A stretch of DNA of 63,634 bases, filler included, from Blastocystis sp. subtype 4 (lineage: Eukaryota): the NCBI RefSeq assembly GCF_000743755.1. It is 2 parts of 2 records of this genome, joined end to end, with 100 filler letters (N's around TTAATTAATTAA, not from the genome) between each part and the next. Parts side by side here need not be neighbours in the genome. Positions count along the whole stretch, not along the records: positions 31,910 to 63,634 come from NW_014569436.1; 1 more part is not named here. The stretch is one strand, 5' to 3'. The position numbers and the translations under genes were made by a program. Under the pieces are notes generated by a model. The model ran no database searches and was not told where the DNA came from. It saw only the letters and a list, made by a program, of their open reading frames with translations. Shown one piece after another: positions 40,260 through 52,003 of this stretch (position 1 is its first letter; each line of letters opens with the position of its first letter).

Positions 40260-41571
40260 ATGGAAGAGTCGGTTCTTCTGTGCTCCTCCTTCAGCTCTGA
40301 TGGGAGTAGGGTGAAGTCTTGTCTCATGTTCGATAGAGTATTTGGCATGTGGATATAGTAATGGATTTGCAGTGTATCAATGTGAGAAGGTTCGAAAACT
40401 CTTCTTTCGAAGTAGTGATGAATCTCATCGTCTCTTTTAGAGTTTATCACGGGTGGAATAGGCTTGATTGAGATGGTTGAAAGTAGTAATCTCTTCCTCC
40501 TAGTAGGAGGGGGGATGAGACCTTTGTTTTCTCCAAGTCAAGTGACTCTTATTTGGAAGCATAATGTGTAGGTAATGATTTGGGATGATGCTCAGGCTCG
40601 TTTTGTTGGTGAGATTACTGTGGGTTCAAAAGTGTTAAATTTGCGAGTTACCAAAAAATTGTTGGATTTAAATGGTTTTCTGATTATAGGTTTGTAGTAG
40701 TAACGATCAACAATGTGTACATGTACAACCGGGATACTCTGAAGAAGGTTTCGGAGTATTCTACAGTTGAAAATTCATTGGGTGTAATTGCAAGTAATTC
40801 GGAGTGCATTGTGATTCCTGGTCAAGAACGGGGAAGTTTAACCGTGATTGTACTTTTATTTATTTTGTATGACAATAGAGTCATGAAGGTGGTATTGTTC
40901 ATCTGAAAGCACATAGTAATTACCTCCAAAGTGTATATCTTGCTGATCGAGGTTCGTTGATCGCCACAGCGTCGGAGAAGGGAACTTTGATACGTCTGTT
41001 TGATATAGAAGATGGAAGGAAATGCCAGGAATTCCGAAGGGGCTACGATAAAGCGGCAATTTCTCTGTTATGGTAAATGGTGATATTGACGATTCAGTAT
41101 AGTGTTTCTCAAGATCAGAAGTATATGATGTGTGCCATAGATCGTACCATCATAAGCATTTTTGAGATTAGTGAGAGTGAGAAAACTATGGAAGGATAAT
41201 ATGTAGACTCAGTATCGAAAGCATTTACGTCTCTCTTTACGACAGAAGGTAAGCCTGTCGTATCTCTCTCTCTACAAAATGAAATGTGATGATGGAAGAA
41301 GAATTTGATGAATAGTAAATCCATTTATATTTGCAACGCCTCGTCTATTTATGTGTTAACAGTGGCAGAAGTCTTCATGCAATTTCAGTTGGATGATGGA
41401 CTCACATTACGCTATTCTGCACACTTGTTACATCTTTTTTGGAACAAACAAGACCAGCTAGGATCCATTGGCAAGAGAATTGGTCTCAGTTACGACTTGT
41501 TTAACCCGACGATTGTATTCTGTTCGATTCTCTGTGTACAGTCGAGCAGCTTCATAATTTGCTGGAGATAG
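40260..41571 (+). CDS. ATG18: ATG18/WIPI PROPPIN WD40 protein; true 3' end probably near 41430
   Basis: LVGGG...IWDD, KAH...[15 protein letters not shown]...QEFRRG phosphoinositide-binding motif. Confidence 0.88.
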
Positions 41572-42091
41572 GGGATTTGGATCACTCAATAAAGACTACA
41601 TAACAAAGAAACTGACAGATATACCTGGATAGACAGAAGGACTGCTGACACATCATTCACGGGACTCCACTGGTTCTGGAGGATGTCGAGACAAATACGA
41701 CCATCTCCAAAAACTACATATCAGACTCTCCATCTTTATCCAACCATTCGGATGGAAAATATTCGATAGAAATTTAACCTTCGGAGGCGAATTAGGATAA
41801 TTGTCCTGGAATTCTAGAAGCAGCTTGAAGACACCTTTTACTCAGAAACTCTCTGTTTTACCTACCACCTTCGTACGGCGTGTTATCAGGTCTACATATT
41901 ACAAAGCCACAATCACTTTTTACCCTATAATAACTCCTTCCCATTTCTACAAATAACAAAACAACAATAAAAACTACATAAATGTTATTGTCAATAGGTG
42001 AGGCAGCAATTCCAGCGGGAGGGTCCTTGTGAAGATTTTTAAGATCACGGAGGAGTCTCTTCCCAGATTCATTCAATTTTGGTGCCGGCAT
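41458..42091 (-). CDS. RAD6: Ubiquitin-conjugating enzyme E2, Rad6/UBC2 type
   Basis: [68 protein letters not shown]. Confidence 0.9.
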
Positions 42092-42161
42092 ACTTAGAAT
42101 ATGGTACAGAATGTTCCGTTGCTCGGGGTTTTCCTGGTCTTTACTTGATGGCTCTATAACA

Positions 42162-43634
42162 ATGACAGCTGCCAAAAGGATTTTCTTCCTTATAGGTTCA
42201 TTTCTGCCTATTTTTATTGCAATTCTTTGGAGAAGTAGGTTGTTGCATACATACTCTTTACATAGATCATTTGTTCGAACGACTGTTTCCAAAAAAGTAC
42301 ATCGCAGTAATAGATGCAGGAAGGTTGTGTTTTGAAGAAGTGTTGATGTAGTTCTGGAAGTCGACTTGTTGTGTACCGGTCTGCTGGAAGTGGAAATTTG
42401 ATCCAGCTTGGTCTGTATACAGTCGAACCTGGCTTGAAGTGAGAGTAGGGGATGAGGATTACTGAGTAGTTCGTTTGGATCCGACGCAAAAGGTGCCTGG
42501 AACACGTTGCATTCCATTCTTGAGAAGGCAGAGAAGGAACTCTCGCTTCCTAATGTGATTCCTGTATACTTATATGCTACGGGTGGTTTTCGAAAGTTGT
42601 CAGAGGATAAACGAACTACATTGGCAAATCAGGTCTGTCAGTTGTCATCCAATTCGAGTTCGATTATGCGGTTAGAGTTAGATAGGTGGATGGTACTTTC
42701 TGGTATCTATGTGTTATGAATTTTACGAATAGGAAGTGATGAGGCGTATTATGGTTGGCTTGCTGTCAATTATCTAGTTCTTCTTTAGGGAGTAGTTTAT
42801 GGATAGGAAGGTTGTATTGACGGGAATGGAAAGCGAGTCAAACGGACTGTGGGTGCTATGGATTGGGGTGGTGAAAGCCTGGAGATGGCCTTTGAGGAAG
42901 AGCATGTATACACTCACTCTTTCTCTGAGATCGGAGCAAATGGTGTCCTGACTCTTATTCTGACTCATCTCCTCCAATCTTCATCAAATCATACCTATGT
43001 TCGCAATCCATGTTTTCCCTTGGGCTATAGTGAAGAAAGAGATGGAGTACTATATGTTGGAACGGGAGAGGTTGTGTTTTTGATTATTGGTTATCTCTAG
43101 TTGAACCGATGTGAATCTGTTGTTTCAACTCTTTTTCGGTGTGGTGAGAGAGAATCAGATATCTGTCACTTACAACAACTCTCGATTGCCCAATCAAATC
43201 AATCCTTTTTTGGAATGTCGTTGTTGTTTTATGTTGCAGATTTCTTATACTTTGTGGAGAACAAGGTGACTGGAAGAGGAACTGGATCTGCTGAATATCA
43301 GTACTTTGATGAACTGTCCTTTAGAAACCGATTGCAACTCCTTCTATTCTTATCATGGAAGTAAAATAATGGATTCGAGTTTAGAATAGTGATTTACAAT
43401 CGAAAATAGGATCTGCTCATCGTTATACAAGTATGTCGTTATTACCATATCGTGCACTTCAAGTGTGTTATTTTCTATTTAATTGAATTTTAGGGTGTAT
43501 TTCTGAAATATTTAGTTTCAACCATGATTGGAACTGAGAAGAACACAATCATCTTCGTGAAGACTGTAAATCACCATAACGTAGATTGGAGTTTAGGAGC
43601 TGCTTTGGCATTATTACAATTCTCTGTTTTCTGA
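42162..43634 (+). CDS. GDA1/CD39 family apyrase (NTPDase) with N-terminal TM anchor
   Basis: ACR motifs VIDAG-SSGSR, YATGGFRKL, G.DEAYYGWLAVNY, GAMDWGGES, DWSLGA. Confidence 0.9.
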
Positions 43635-43677
43635 AAATACCCAATGATGGAGGGAAACATCTAGTAACCATAAAAGC

Positions 43678-46600
43678 ATGGAAGTGGATAATAATTCAGA
43701 TGAGGGAGCCGAATTTGTACATATCTATCTTAACAATAACAATCTAGGTGATTTGTAGTCTTTCAGTCTCAAATATGGAGTAGTTGTTTATTGAATCCCA
43801 TTTCCATAGAATTGGAGCTTCCTTTTACAATTCGATTACAGAAGATGTTGAAATGCTTCAAGTGTCTCTGGCGGACAATCTCGAATCCATTCTTTCTGAT
43901 AGTTGGTGTATTTTAGAGTCTCAATCCTAGTCCTGATGAAGCGTTGGCCACAAAAGGTTTTGATAAGGTACATGTTGTTCAAATAATATATTTCAAGTGC
44001 TAAATCTACAGATGATATCCTTCACGCTTTGGAAAAAGTTATTGCAGAACAACTTAATGACACTTCACCTCAGATCCTCCTCCAGAAACCTTCAAACTGT
44101 TTGTTCTATCTTGAAATATTATGTAGATGATTATGCAAAGGCCTTAGATATGATCAAGAGTACATGTCATTTCAATCAAGAGGAAGAGTTGCCGGATGAA
44201 GACGAGTCGTTTGTAAAAATGGATACAACCTCTATGTTGCTCCGTAGTATTGTGAATACAGAAGCAAAGGAAATGGTTCGTAGTATCGGAGGACTTCTGC
44301 TCTTCCTTACCACATTTCTTGGGAAAGATCACTTTGAAGGAGATCATCCTACTCTTTCCATTCATTCGTTTATCTCTATTGACTTAGATAAATACATGTC
44401 AATTGATCGAGTAACAAATCACATATCGTTTCACACACAGAACACACTTCAAAATCTCGACATCTTTATGACCGTCAATCATCCCTCCTTGGTCAAAGGA
44501 ATGGGTCGAGAGAAACAAGGATTCACTATCTTCAGTCTCCTTGATCAAACTCACTGTGCTTTAGGACGTCGTCTATTAAAGCAGTTCGTTTACTCGATTA
44601 CTATGATACATAGATGGATTCTCTGTCCTTCCAACAATGCTGAAGAGATCACCTCTCGTCATGATACGCTCACATTCATGCAACAACCACAACTTAAGGA
44701 AATGGTCGTCTCTCTTCAGCGAGAGATTCAACGTATTGCCGATCTCCCCTTGGTTGTACGACGAATCACATCTCAACGAGGTAGCAATAGTGACTGGATC
44801 CGGCTCATGGACTCAGTCAGCTCGGTATTGGAGTGTGGTCGTCTCTTGGATGTGATGCGGAAATACACCGATGTTTCGAAGTGAGTAATTCTCTCAAGTA
44901 ATCATTTCGAGAACTGTAATTCCAGAATTAGTCACATTATCAGTCACTCTATTTCGAAGCGATGAGATGAATGAGTTAGCTCTATTTCTTCAGAGTATAT
45001 TTGATTATCAGTTATCCATCGAGCGTAAAGAAGTGATTATTCGTGATGGAGTGGATGGTGAGCTCGATCATCATCGGGAGATCTATAATAACATGCTAAC
45101 AGTTCTGGATGAATGTACAGTTGCCAGCAAGCAGCAACTCCTTACTTGCATTCCAGAGATTGTTGAAGGAGATGCTTTGAGTCTCTGGGGATATGAGTTC
45201 CTTCCTCGAAGTGATGATGATAGTTAGATATCAGTTCTAGTTGGATATGTACTTTCTATACCAATCACTACAACAGAACAAATTGGTACGGATATGACGA
45301 CATTTGTGTATGATTTGATAATTGACTCGATTTTAGGAATTCCCGTTTTCCTAAAGATTTCAGTTATCAATTTCATACTGAAGATACTGTGTATTACAAA
45401 ACAAATATTGCAGAGACATTGGATACTGTACAAATGAAATGGATTTGTTATGTAGCAATATGGTGACATTCATGCGATTGTGATTGACATTCAAAATACC
45501 ATCCTTCGACAAATAGCTAATCGAATTCATGAACTCACTCCAATTCTACTAGATGTGAGTAGTGCTGTTGCTGAATTGGATGTCCTTCTTGCATGGAGTC
45601 AAGTGAGTCAAGAGTGTAATTTTGTACGACCTGACTTATCAGACGATTATCTAATTATTGTGAAAGTATGAGAAAGAAAGAAGATTAAATCGATAGAATG
45701 GTCGCCATCCACTTCAAGAATTAGTAACAGATCAGTTCATACCAAATGATATTTCTGTGATAACCCGTCTATAATTTAATTATAGTTAACACATCGTAAT
45801 CCTTCTTATAAGTCAACTGTTATCACTGGTCCTAATAGTAGTGGAAAATCTATTTATCTTAAACAAATTGGTATCATATGCCTTATTCGTTTCAATCCTA
45901 GCTCTAATTGTTTATTTGAATCAAATCGGTTGTTTTGTTCCTGCTGAATATGCCTTGTTAGGTCTCTGTTCATCGTAGTTCTTTCTCTCATTCTATTTAC
46001 TAGACTCATTGTCAAATTCTCGACTGTTGAAACGTCTTCTCATGAACCCATATTCACTTCTAGAGTCACAGAGAATGATTCATCGTTCACTCAAGATCTC
46101 ACACGAATGGCGTGGATTTGTCGTCACATTCACAATCGATCTCTCGTTTTAATTGATGAGTTTGGAAAAGGAACTGCTTCACAGGGTATGAACGATTGGA
46201 TGATGTTAACAGAAGATGGAATTGCTCTATTTCTGGCTCTTCTTCATCATATTCACACTTATGCTCCTTCCTCTGCATATTTTCTACTATCCACACACTT
46301 TTCCGAGTATCTCCAAAACCCGAATCTTCTTCCAGACAATGGTCAATCGATCGAAAAAAAACAGATGAAGGTTCTATTTGATGGATCCAATGTGATGACA
46401 CCACTCTATCAAGTGACCGATGGAGTGTGTCAAGATTCACTTGGAATTCAGTGCGCTATCTGTTTAGGTCTTCCTGAAGAGATTACAAATCGAGCTCAAC
46501 AAGTGAGAATACAATAACTACTCATCAATAGATATATGATGCTATTCATGATAACAAGGAGATTACACTGCGAGAAGATCTAACAATAGCGAAAAATCCA

Positions 46601-46717
46601 GAGAAGGTGAAGGAAGTGATGAGAATGCTGTTTGAGAAACAAGATTGGACGAAAGCTACTATGGATGAAGTAAACGCATTCCTTCGCAAATTGAGTTCAA
46701 TTCAAGACGAAATGTGA
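43678..46717 (+). CDS. MSH5: MutS homolog 5 (meiosis-specific MutS-gamma)
   Basis: KQGFTIFSLLD...GRRLLKQW, NGRHPLQE, ITGPNSSGKSIYLKQI, SSFTQDL, SLVLIDEFGKGT...DG, STHF. Confidence 0.88.
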
Positions 46718-46786
46718 GAACTGAATGTTTCCCAAAATACACCCTATTTTCACTTCTATTATAAGGTGACTTACAAGGAATCTGAA

Positions 46787-47863
46787 ATGGGAAAGAAGGG
46801 AAAGGATCGATTCGACGACATTCGTAAGCCACGAGGAGCAAAAAAGCCGGTTAGGAAGTATACAGATCAGCGAATGGGCCATGTGCGAGGTTATAAAGAT
46901 GTGGATTGTAGTGAAACAAGTTTATAGAATAGGAAACAAAATTCAAAACGAGTGTTGGAATATATATGTGGGATTTCGAACAGTGTGATGCAAAGAAATG
47001 TACAGGACGCAAATTGGAGCGTCTTGGATATTTGAGTGATCAAATAGAGAGTTGTTGATGAGTAGAGACAATTCGAGTAAACCAGCCTTTCCATGGAATT
47101 GTACTATCCCCATTTGGTACTAAAGCAGTTTCTTGTGAAGACATTGTAGGAATAATCTATGCAGTTGAGTTTAGGATGTGATTAAACAATATGGAACCTC
47201 GGCCATTGACTGTTCGTGGGCTAGAATCGAAGAGATTCCAATGAACAAACTTAAAAATGGAGTTCATCGTCTTCTTCCTTTCCTTGTCGCAGCGAACCCT
47301 GTAAACTATGGAAAACCATCCAAATTGACTTGTGCGGAGGCAATTGCAGCTACTCTATATATTGTGGGTCTCAAAGAAGATGCTTTGACAATCATGAAAC
47401 CTTTCAAGTGGGGGTGTCAGTTTATCTCATTGAATTATGTATCTTGTGGGAGTGAATTTGAATGTAGGAATTGCTGGAAGGTTATGCCAACTGCAAATCA
47501 GGTCAAGAAGTGATTGACTATCAAAACAAGTATATGGAACGAATCGAACAAGAACGAGTTGTTGACAGATCTCTTGATGTTGGACTATGGATATGTTTTG
47601 AAGTGTAGCTGCCTCCTACAGATAGTGAGGAGGAAGATGATGATGAGTTTCATGTGCATAGTCTGAATGTGAAGCAAACGCATTCATATATGGATGTATA
47701 TGGAGAGGAAGACGAGGAAGATGCCAATTATTGTGCCGATTCAGACGAAGGAGAGTACATTCAGGAAGAGGTCGCTGTTGACAGGAAAGAATATGATGAA
47801 GAAGACTCTAATGAGGAGCAAGAAGGTTCTGATGAGGAGCAAGGAAGTGATGATGAAGATTAA
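46787..47863 (+). CDS. TSR3: 18S rRNA aminocarboxypropyltransferase
   Basis: [53 protein letters not shown], acidic tail. Confidence 0.95.
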
Positions 47864-47867
47864 CCAT

Positions 47868-47875
47868 TGTTTGTT
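47868..47875 (+). terminator. TGTTTGTT downstream polyadenylation element (TSR3)
   Basis: TAA-CCAT-TGTTTGTT. Confidence 0.8.
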
Positions 47876-47904
47876 TGTCAACTCTCAATTGTGGCCAAAA
47901 TTCC

Positions 47905-49765
47905 ATGAAACGATGGAATAATGGTTCTGAATCCACAGCGTCGTCATTAAGACAAGGTCAAACGATCCAACGAAGCGGAAGTGTGTAATTTCTATGTACT
48001 ATGGTTGACTCAAGTAGTGGCTCCAATGCATTTCACCGGAACAACTCAGACGGTGGAACGAATCGTCAACTGTCAGATTTGATAACGACAGTCATATGTA
48101 GAAATGAGATGGTTGAAATTCAAAAGCGGTTGCTGATGGAAAACGAAGAACTAAAGAGAAAGCTCAATGCAATGGAAGAGGATCTGGACATATTACGGAT
48201 TGAGCAGGAAGCAGAAAGAGAAAAAAGACAAAAAGACGAGAGACAACGAGAAGCAATGGAAGCCGAATGTCGATATGATCTATTGTTAGAAGAAGACCGG
48301 ACGTTTGCAATGCATTTGCTAACGGAAATTTGGAGAGGTACAGTTTATTATGGGTTTCTTATGTAGATACGGTTGTTCCAGAATATCAAAACCTCAAGTC
48401 TCCTTCCTCTAACATGCAGTCGTAAGTTATCAGTGTCATTTATTGATTGTAGATCCTCAGGAGTAGAATCAACTGTTGTCTTTGAAGTAACACTAGCTAA
48501 CCGTTCATCACATAGTTGCAATCCATTCTTGCAACCATTCAATCTAATCATTCCTCTCTTCGGCCTGTTCTTCAGTATCTTGTTCAACATGTCAACTCAG
48601 CCAATGGAGTACATGATATTTGATTATACAATGATTAGAATCTAATTCTATCCGTTTTGAACTCTCTTCTTGTATGTCCGACAACTCATGAAGATATGAT
48701 CAAACCATACTCTGCAAACGAGTCTGTCTCAACTGTAACACTTCCATCTCACTGGATTATGGAGAAACCTGTATCGAATGAAGTGGAACGATTCAGTACT
48801 GATTCACCCTGTCTTCTAATCGACCTTCTAAATACGATCGAACAGGTATTGAAGGCAGGAAGCTCGAAGGATATGTCATTCCTTTGTAATCTTCTTTGTC
48901 TCACATCAACAGGTGGAGTCCAGATGATAGGATTAATTGGTAGTGTACTCAATGTATCCTCAATGGGATCTCTATAAGCCCATTTATATTGCAATTATTG
49001 ATCTGTTAAGTATATCTTCTCTGCCTAAACTCATCAACGCATGCCTTGAAACAATCACGAACCTCTCTGAAGAGAAGTTGATACTCGTTGTTGAACCTGA
49101 AGTAGGATTGAATGAGAATTCACATTGGAAGAAACTACAGCAACTCATTCTTCGCTTATTTGATCGTCTTCAATTGCCTGAGATCACGAAAGCCGGTTTT
49201 GTTAATGAAGTGTGTGAAAACAGTGCTGTTCTTTCCAAGTCACTTCACATCCTTCAACTTATCATTTATACTCTCGTCTACAACAGTGCTAATAACCATC
49301 AACTGAGTTTGATTCTAAGAAATACTCTCGTAGAAGTGATTAAAGGAATGAACAGTAGAAAGAAGAGAACATCTCCATTTTGCTCGCTCTTGGAATTGAT
49401 CTCTATCTCATTGTTTATGATGACCATTATGTAGGAAAATATGACCTTTCAAAGGATCAAATTACTACTGTGAGAGATGAAATATTTTCTGATAGATAGA
49501 TTTGTTCTATCTTGTTTGATGAAATTTCATTAGTGGATGTGCTGATTCATCAAACATCTGTTTTAACTATTCTCAAGCGATGCAGTAGAGTGAAGTTGTA
49601 TTGATTACAGTTAGAATTATTCAATGAGTACAAGTCTTGTCTGGAGGTAATTAGCATTGATACTCAAATCATAGGTACAAATTGTAGAGAAATTCAATTA
49701 TAGTGTTCCGTCAGTTGAAACTAGTAGCTTCGAATGTTATCAATGAGATAATCAATGATGAATAA
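47905..49765 (+). CDS. Uncharacterised protein: N-terminal coiled coil plus helical (ARM/HEAT-like) C-terminus
   Basis: Consecutive + ORFs joined by ~30-nt introns. TAA at 49763 followed by TGTTTGTT at 49768. Confidence 0.55.
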
Positions 49766-49767
49766 AA

Positions 49768-49775
49768 TGTTTGTT
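49768..49775 (+). terminator. TGTTTGTT downstream polyadenylation element
   Basis: T|AAAA-TGTTTGTT at the stop of the coiled-coil/ARM gene. Confidence 0.8.
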
Positions 49776-49788
49776 CAAAGAAAAGAAA

Positions 49789-49862
49789 AGCACACAGGGG
49801 GACTTGAACCCACAATCTCTTGCTCCGTAGGCAAGCGCCTTATCCAATTAGGCTATGCGTGC
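49789..49862 (-). tRNA. tRNA-Arg(ACG)
   Basis: Acceptor stem GCACGCA/TGTGTGC, anticodon arm CTTGC-CTACGGA-GCAAG, T-loop GTTCAAGTC, followed by a T-rich Pol III terminator. Confidence 0.95.
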
Positions 49863-49901
49863 TACACGAACTGCAACTCAAATCTTTATAAAGGAAACAA
49901 T

Positions 49902-51050
49902 CTAATAATCTAATAATGAACGATCTTTCCTTTTCCACTCTGCAAATAAACGACACTTCAACTTTTGATAAGTTGTTGAATTCTGCTTCAAATTCCATAT
50001 CAAACAAGAATCAACCTTGTCTGAGAGAATGGAGAGATATCGACTCAAAAGGGACGACGGACATATTATGCTTGCATTCTTCTTCTGAATCTCCTTCTTC
50101 ACATTAGTTCCTAAGCGAACTCCCTTTCCCGAAATTAGGGTTTCATGGTGATCTGGATATATCCAAACAAGACTAGACCCACTTGCAGCGAGTTTCCTTC
50201 CATCTAAATGCTTTACCACCTCTTCAGCTGACAAAGGAGAAGGAGAAGTGAAATGATAGAGAATTGGACAGGTACTATTGGAAGAGTCCTCACTGGAACA
50301 AACCCGATCAAAGAGAGCTTCTCGCATCCGCTGTTCATCCCAAGAACCACTAATGGTGATCGAAGTCATGAAGATAGGTTCAATCAGATTTGCTAAAAGA
50401 CCACCTTGATAGCCAAGATGATTGTACATACACAATTTGTCACTACAACTATAACTACGACTGGGATCACCTCGACCAGGTTTTGTAGACAAATGGATAG
50501 AATTACCATTTTCAAACTTAGCTCCAGTACGATGTGTCGACTCTTCCGCGATATGATTATCCAGACAGCGACGTTTAGAGGAACGAATCTTAGCATTCGA
50601 AATTTCGATAGCCTTTCGTTTTGCTCCCTCTTCAAAATATTCTGAGGCATAACCACAAGGCGATTGACTAATATACAAATGATATCGAATTCCCTCTTTC
50701 AGGCAATACCTCTCACTCCCAGACTTGCGCTCAAAAATGGTATCATGATCCGGATCTTCTTTACAGATCTGCAGTTGTTCCATTAAATACAAAATGAATC
50801 CACGTCTACTTAGAATCTCAGCATGGCAATCATTAACAACAAATCCTTGAGGAGATAGAGCCTTGGTTCCAATGCATTTCGTTCCAGTTGTTAAAACAAT
50901 CACTTGATTCGATCCATCTCGTTCTTCTACAACTGCAGATAATACTGTCCACTCATGACCTTGTGGTTTTCCACCGATCTTCAACGAATCATAAGTTGCA
51001 TAAACAAGACGCACAATCTCACTTCCAAAGTCTTCACCTCCATTCTTCAT
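49902..51050 (-). CDS. ADAT1: tRNA-specific adenosine deaminase 1 (ADAR-type deaminase domain only)
   Basis: TGTKC, NDCHAEILSRR, YISQSPCG, TKPGRG, SCSDK. No dsRNA-binding domain. Intronless. Confidence 0.85.
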   Translation of the reverse strand: MKNGGEDFGSEIVRLVYATYDSLKIGGKPQGHEWTVLSAVVEERDGSNQVIVLTTGTKCIGTKALSPQGFVVNDCHAEILSRRGFILYLMEQLQICKEDPDHDTIFERKSGSERYCLKEGIRYHLYISQSPCGYASEYFEEGAKRKAIEISNAKIRSSKRRCLDNHIAEESTHRTGAKFENGNSIHLSTKPGRGDPSRSYSCSDKLCMYNHLGYQGGLLANLIEPIFMTSITISGSWDEQRMREALFDRVCSSEDSSNSTCPILYHFTSPSPLSAEEVVKHLDGRKLAASGSSLVWIYPDHHETLISGKGVRLGTNVKKEIQKKNASIICPSSLLSRYLSILSDKVDSCLIWNLKQNSTTYQKLKCRLFAEWKRKDRSLLDY

Positions 51051-51159
51051 GATTCAGTGATTCAGAAATGAATAACAGGAATTGGGACATTCTTGAGTAA
51101 ATGGTAGGTAATTGTTCGCAAACATCACGAAGATAACCGTCCATTTCATTGACAAATAA

Positions 51160-51958
51160 ATGTCTCCCCTGATTCTTCTCTTTCTGCTGTTTTCTTTATC
51201 AGTTTCGATTTGTAAGTGTGAGTAGCACATATTACACATAGCTTGTGGTGAATATACAACCACTTGTCGCTCAGCAGGTCCTATCTGTATGATTGTCATT
51301 TATTATTTTCATCTAGATGTCCAGTATTCGTATGTTATATCTGTGAATTCAAATGGTGTTGCAAAGAAGATTGTTCAGTTTGAACGGCAATACACGGATA
51401 GTTCGTGCAAGAAAGGTCATTACCTCACTTTTCAAACCACGTAGTATATGTAAAACTTCGTGATAAATAGGTACTCTCCAATACCATCAACCAGTTTAGA
51501 AGAGGGATATGATCTTACCTACAAATCTGTTACATTAACGGTAGAGGATCTTTCCATTTTCACGTCTCTGGGTTTTTCGTGTTCAAACAAGGTGAAAAAG
51601 GGGAAACCATTCTCTCTTACGTAGATAATTGTATGACATCTTAATAGTAGTGACAATTCGTGTGAACAGGCGAAGCTTCCTTATACAACACTGTATCAAG
51701 AGTCCATTGGAACGACCATTGAAGATGTCCAGTTTACTGTTTTGGGTATCACTGAGTGGAAGAGTAAATGTTTAGACAATGGTATTCGAGTCATGGGAAT
51801 GGATGCATCGTACTCAGGAATAGATGGTACTCTGATCTGAAGAGAATTAACGATAAGGTTGTGCAACGAAGATTGCTCTAATAGTGATAATCTCTGTTGT
51901 TGCAGTTATAATTATTTTGCTAGTTGCTATAGTCTGCTGTATCAAGCGAAAGAACTGA
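51160..51958 (+). CDS. Uncharacterised type I membrane protein (multi-exon, missed by the ORF track)
   Basis: Signal peptide MSPLILLFLLFSLSVSICKC. C-terminal TM IALIVIISVVAVIIILLVAIVCC with KRKN* tail. Confidence 0.6.
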
Positions 51959-51991
51959 TTGTTTTTCTCCCAATCAGAGTCTCCTTGTTCA

Positions 51992-51999
51992 AACAAACA
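51992..51999 (-). terminator. TGTTTGTT downstream polyadenylation element (ferredoxin)
   Basis: In-frame T at 52004, 4-nt spacer, then the exact motif. Confidence 0.85.
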
Positions 52000-52003
52000 A
52001 TCA

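Noticed and set aside
41858..42517. 219-aa ORF suggesting an N-terminally extended E2
   Set aside because: The extension is antisense to apyrase exons. Rad6 homology starts at MPAPK (42091).
31910..46717. Fragmented ORFs as pseudogenes, frameshifting or an alternative genetic code
   Set aside because: The breaks I checked are resolved by ~30-nt GT-AG introns, and all three stop codons end genes normally.
47800..47860. Short direct repeat GATGAGGAGCAAG
   Set aside because: Coding repeat in the acidic TSR3 tail ([11 protein letters not shown]), not a CRISPR array or mobile element.
49789..51050. ADAT1 adjacent to tRNA-Arg(ACG) as a functional editing module
   Set aside because: A34-to-I in tRNA-Arg(ACG) is made by ADAT2/3, while ADAT1 edits A37 of tRNA-Ala. 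The adjacency is likely coincidental.
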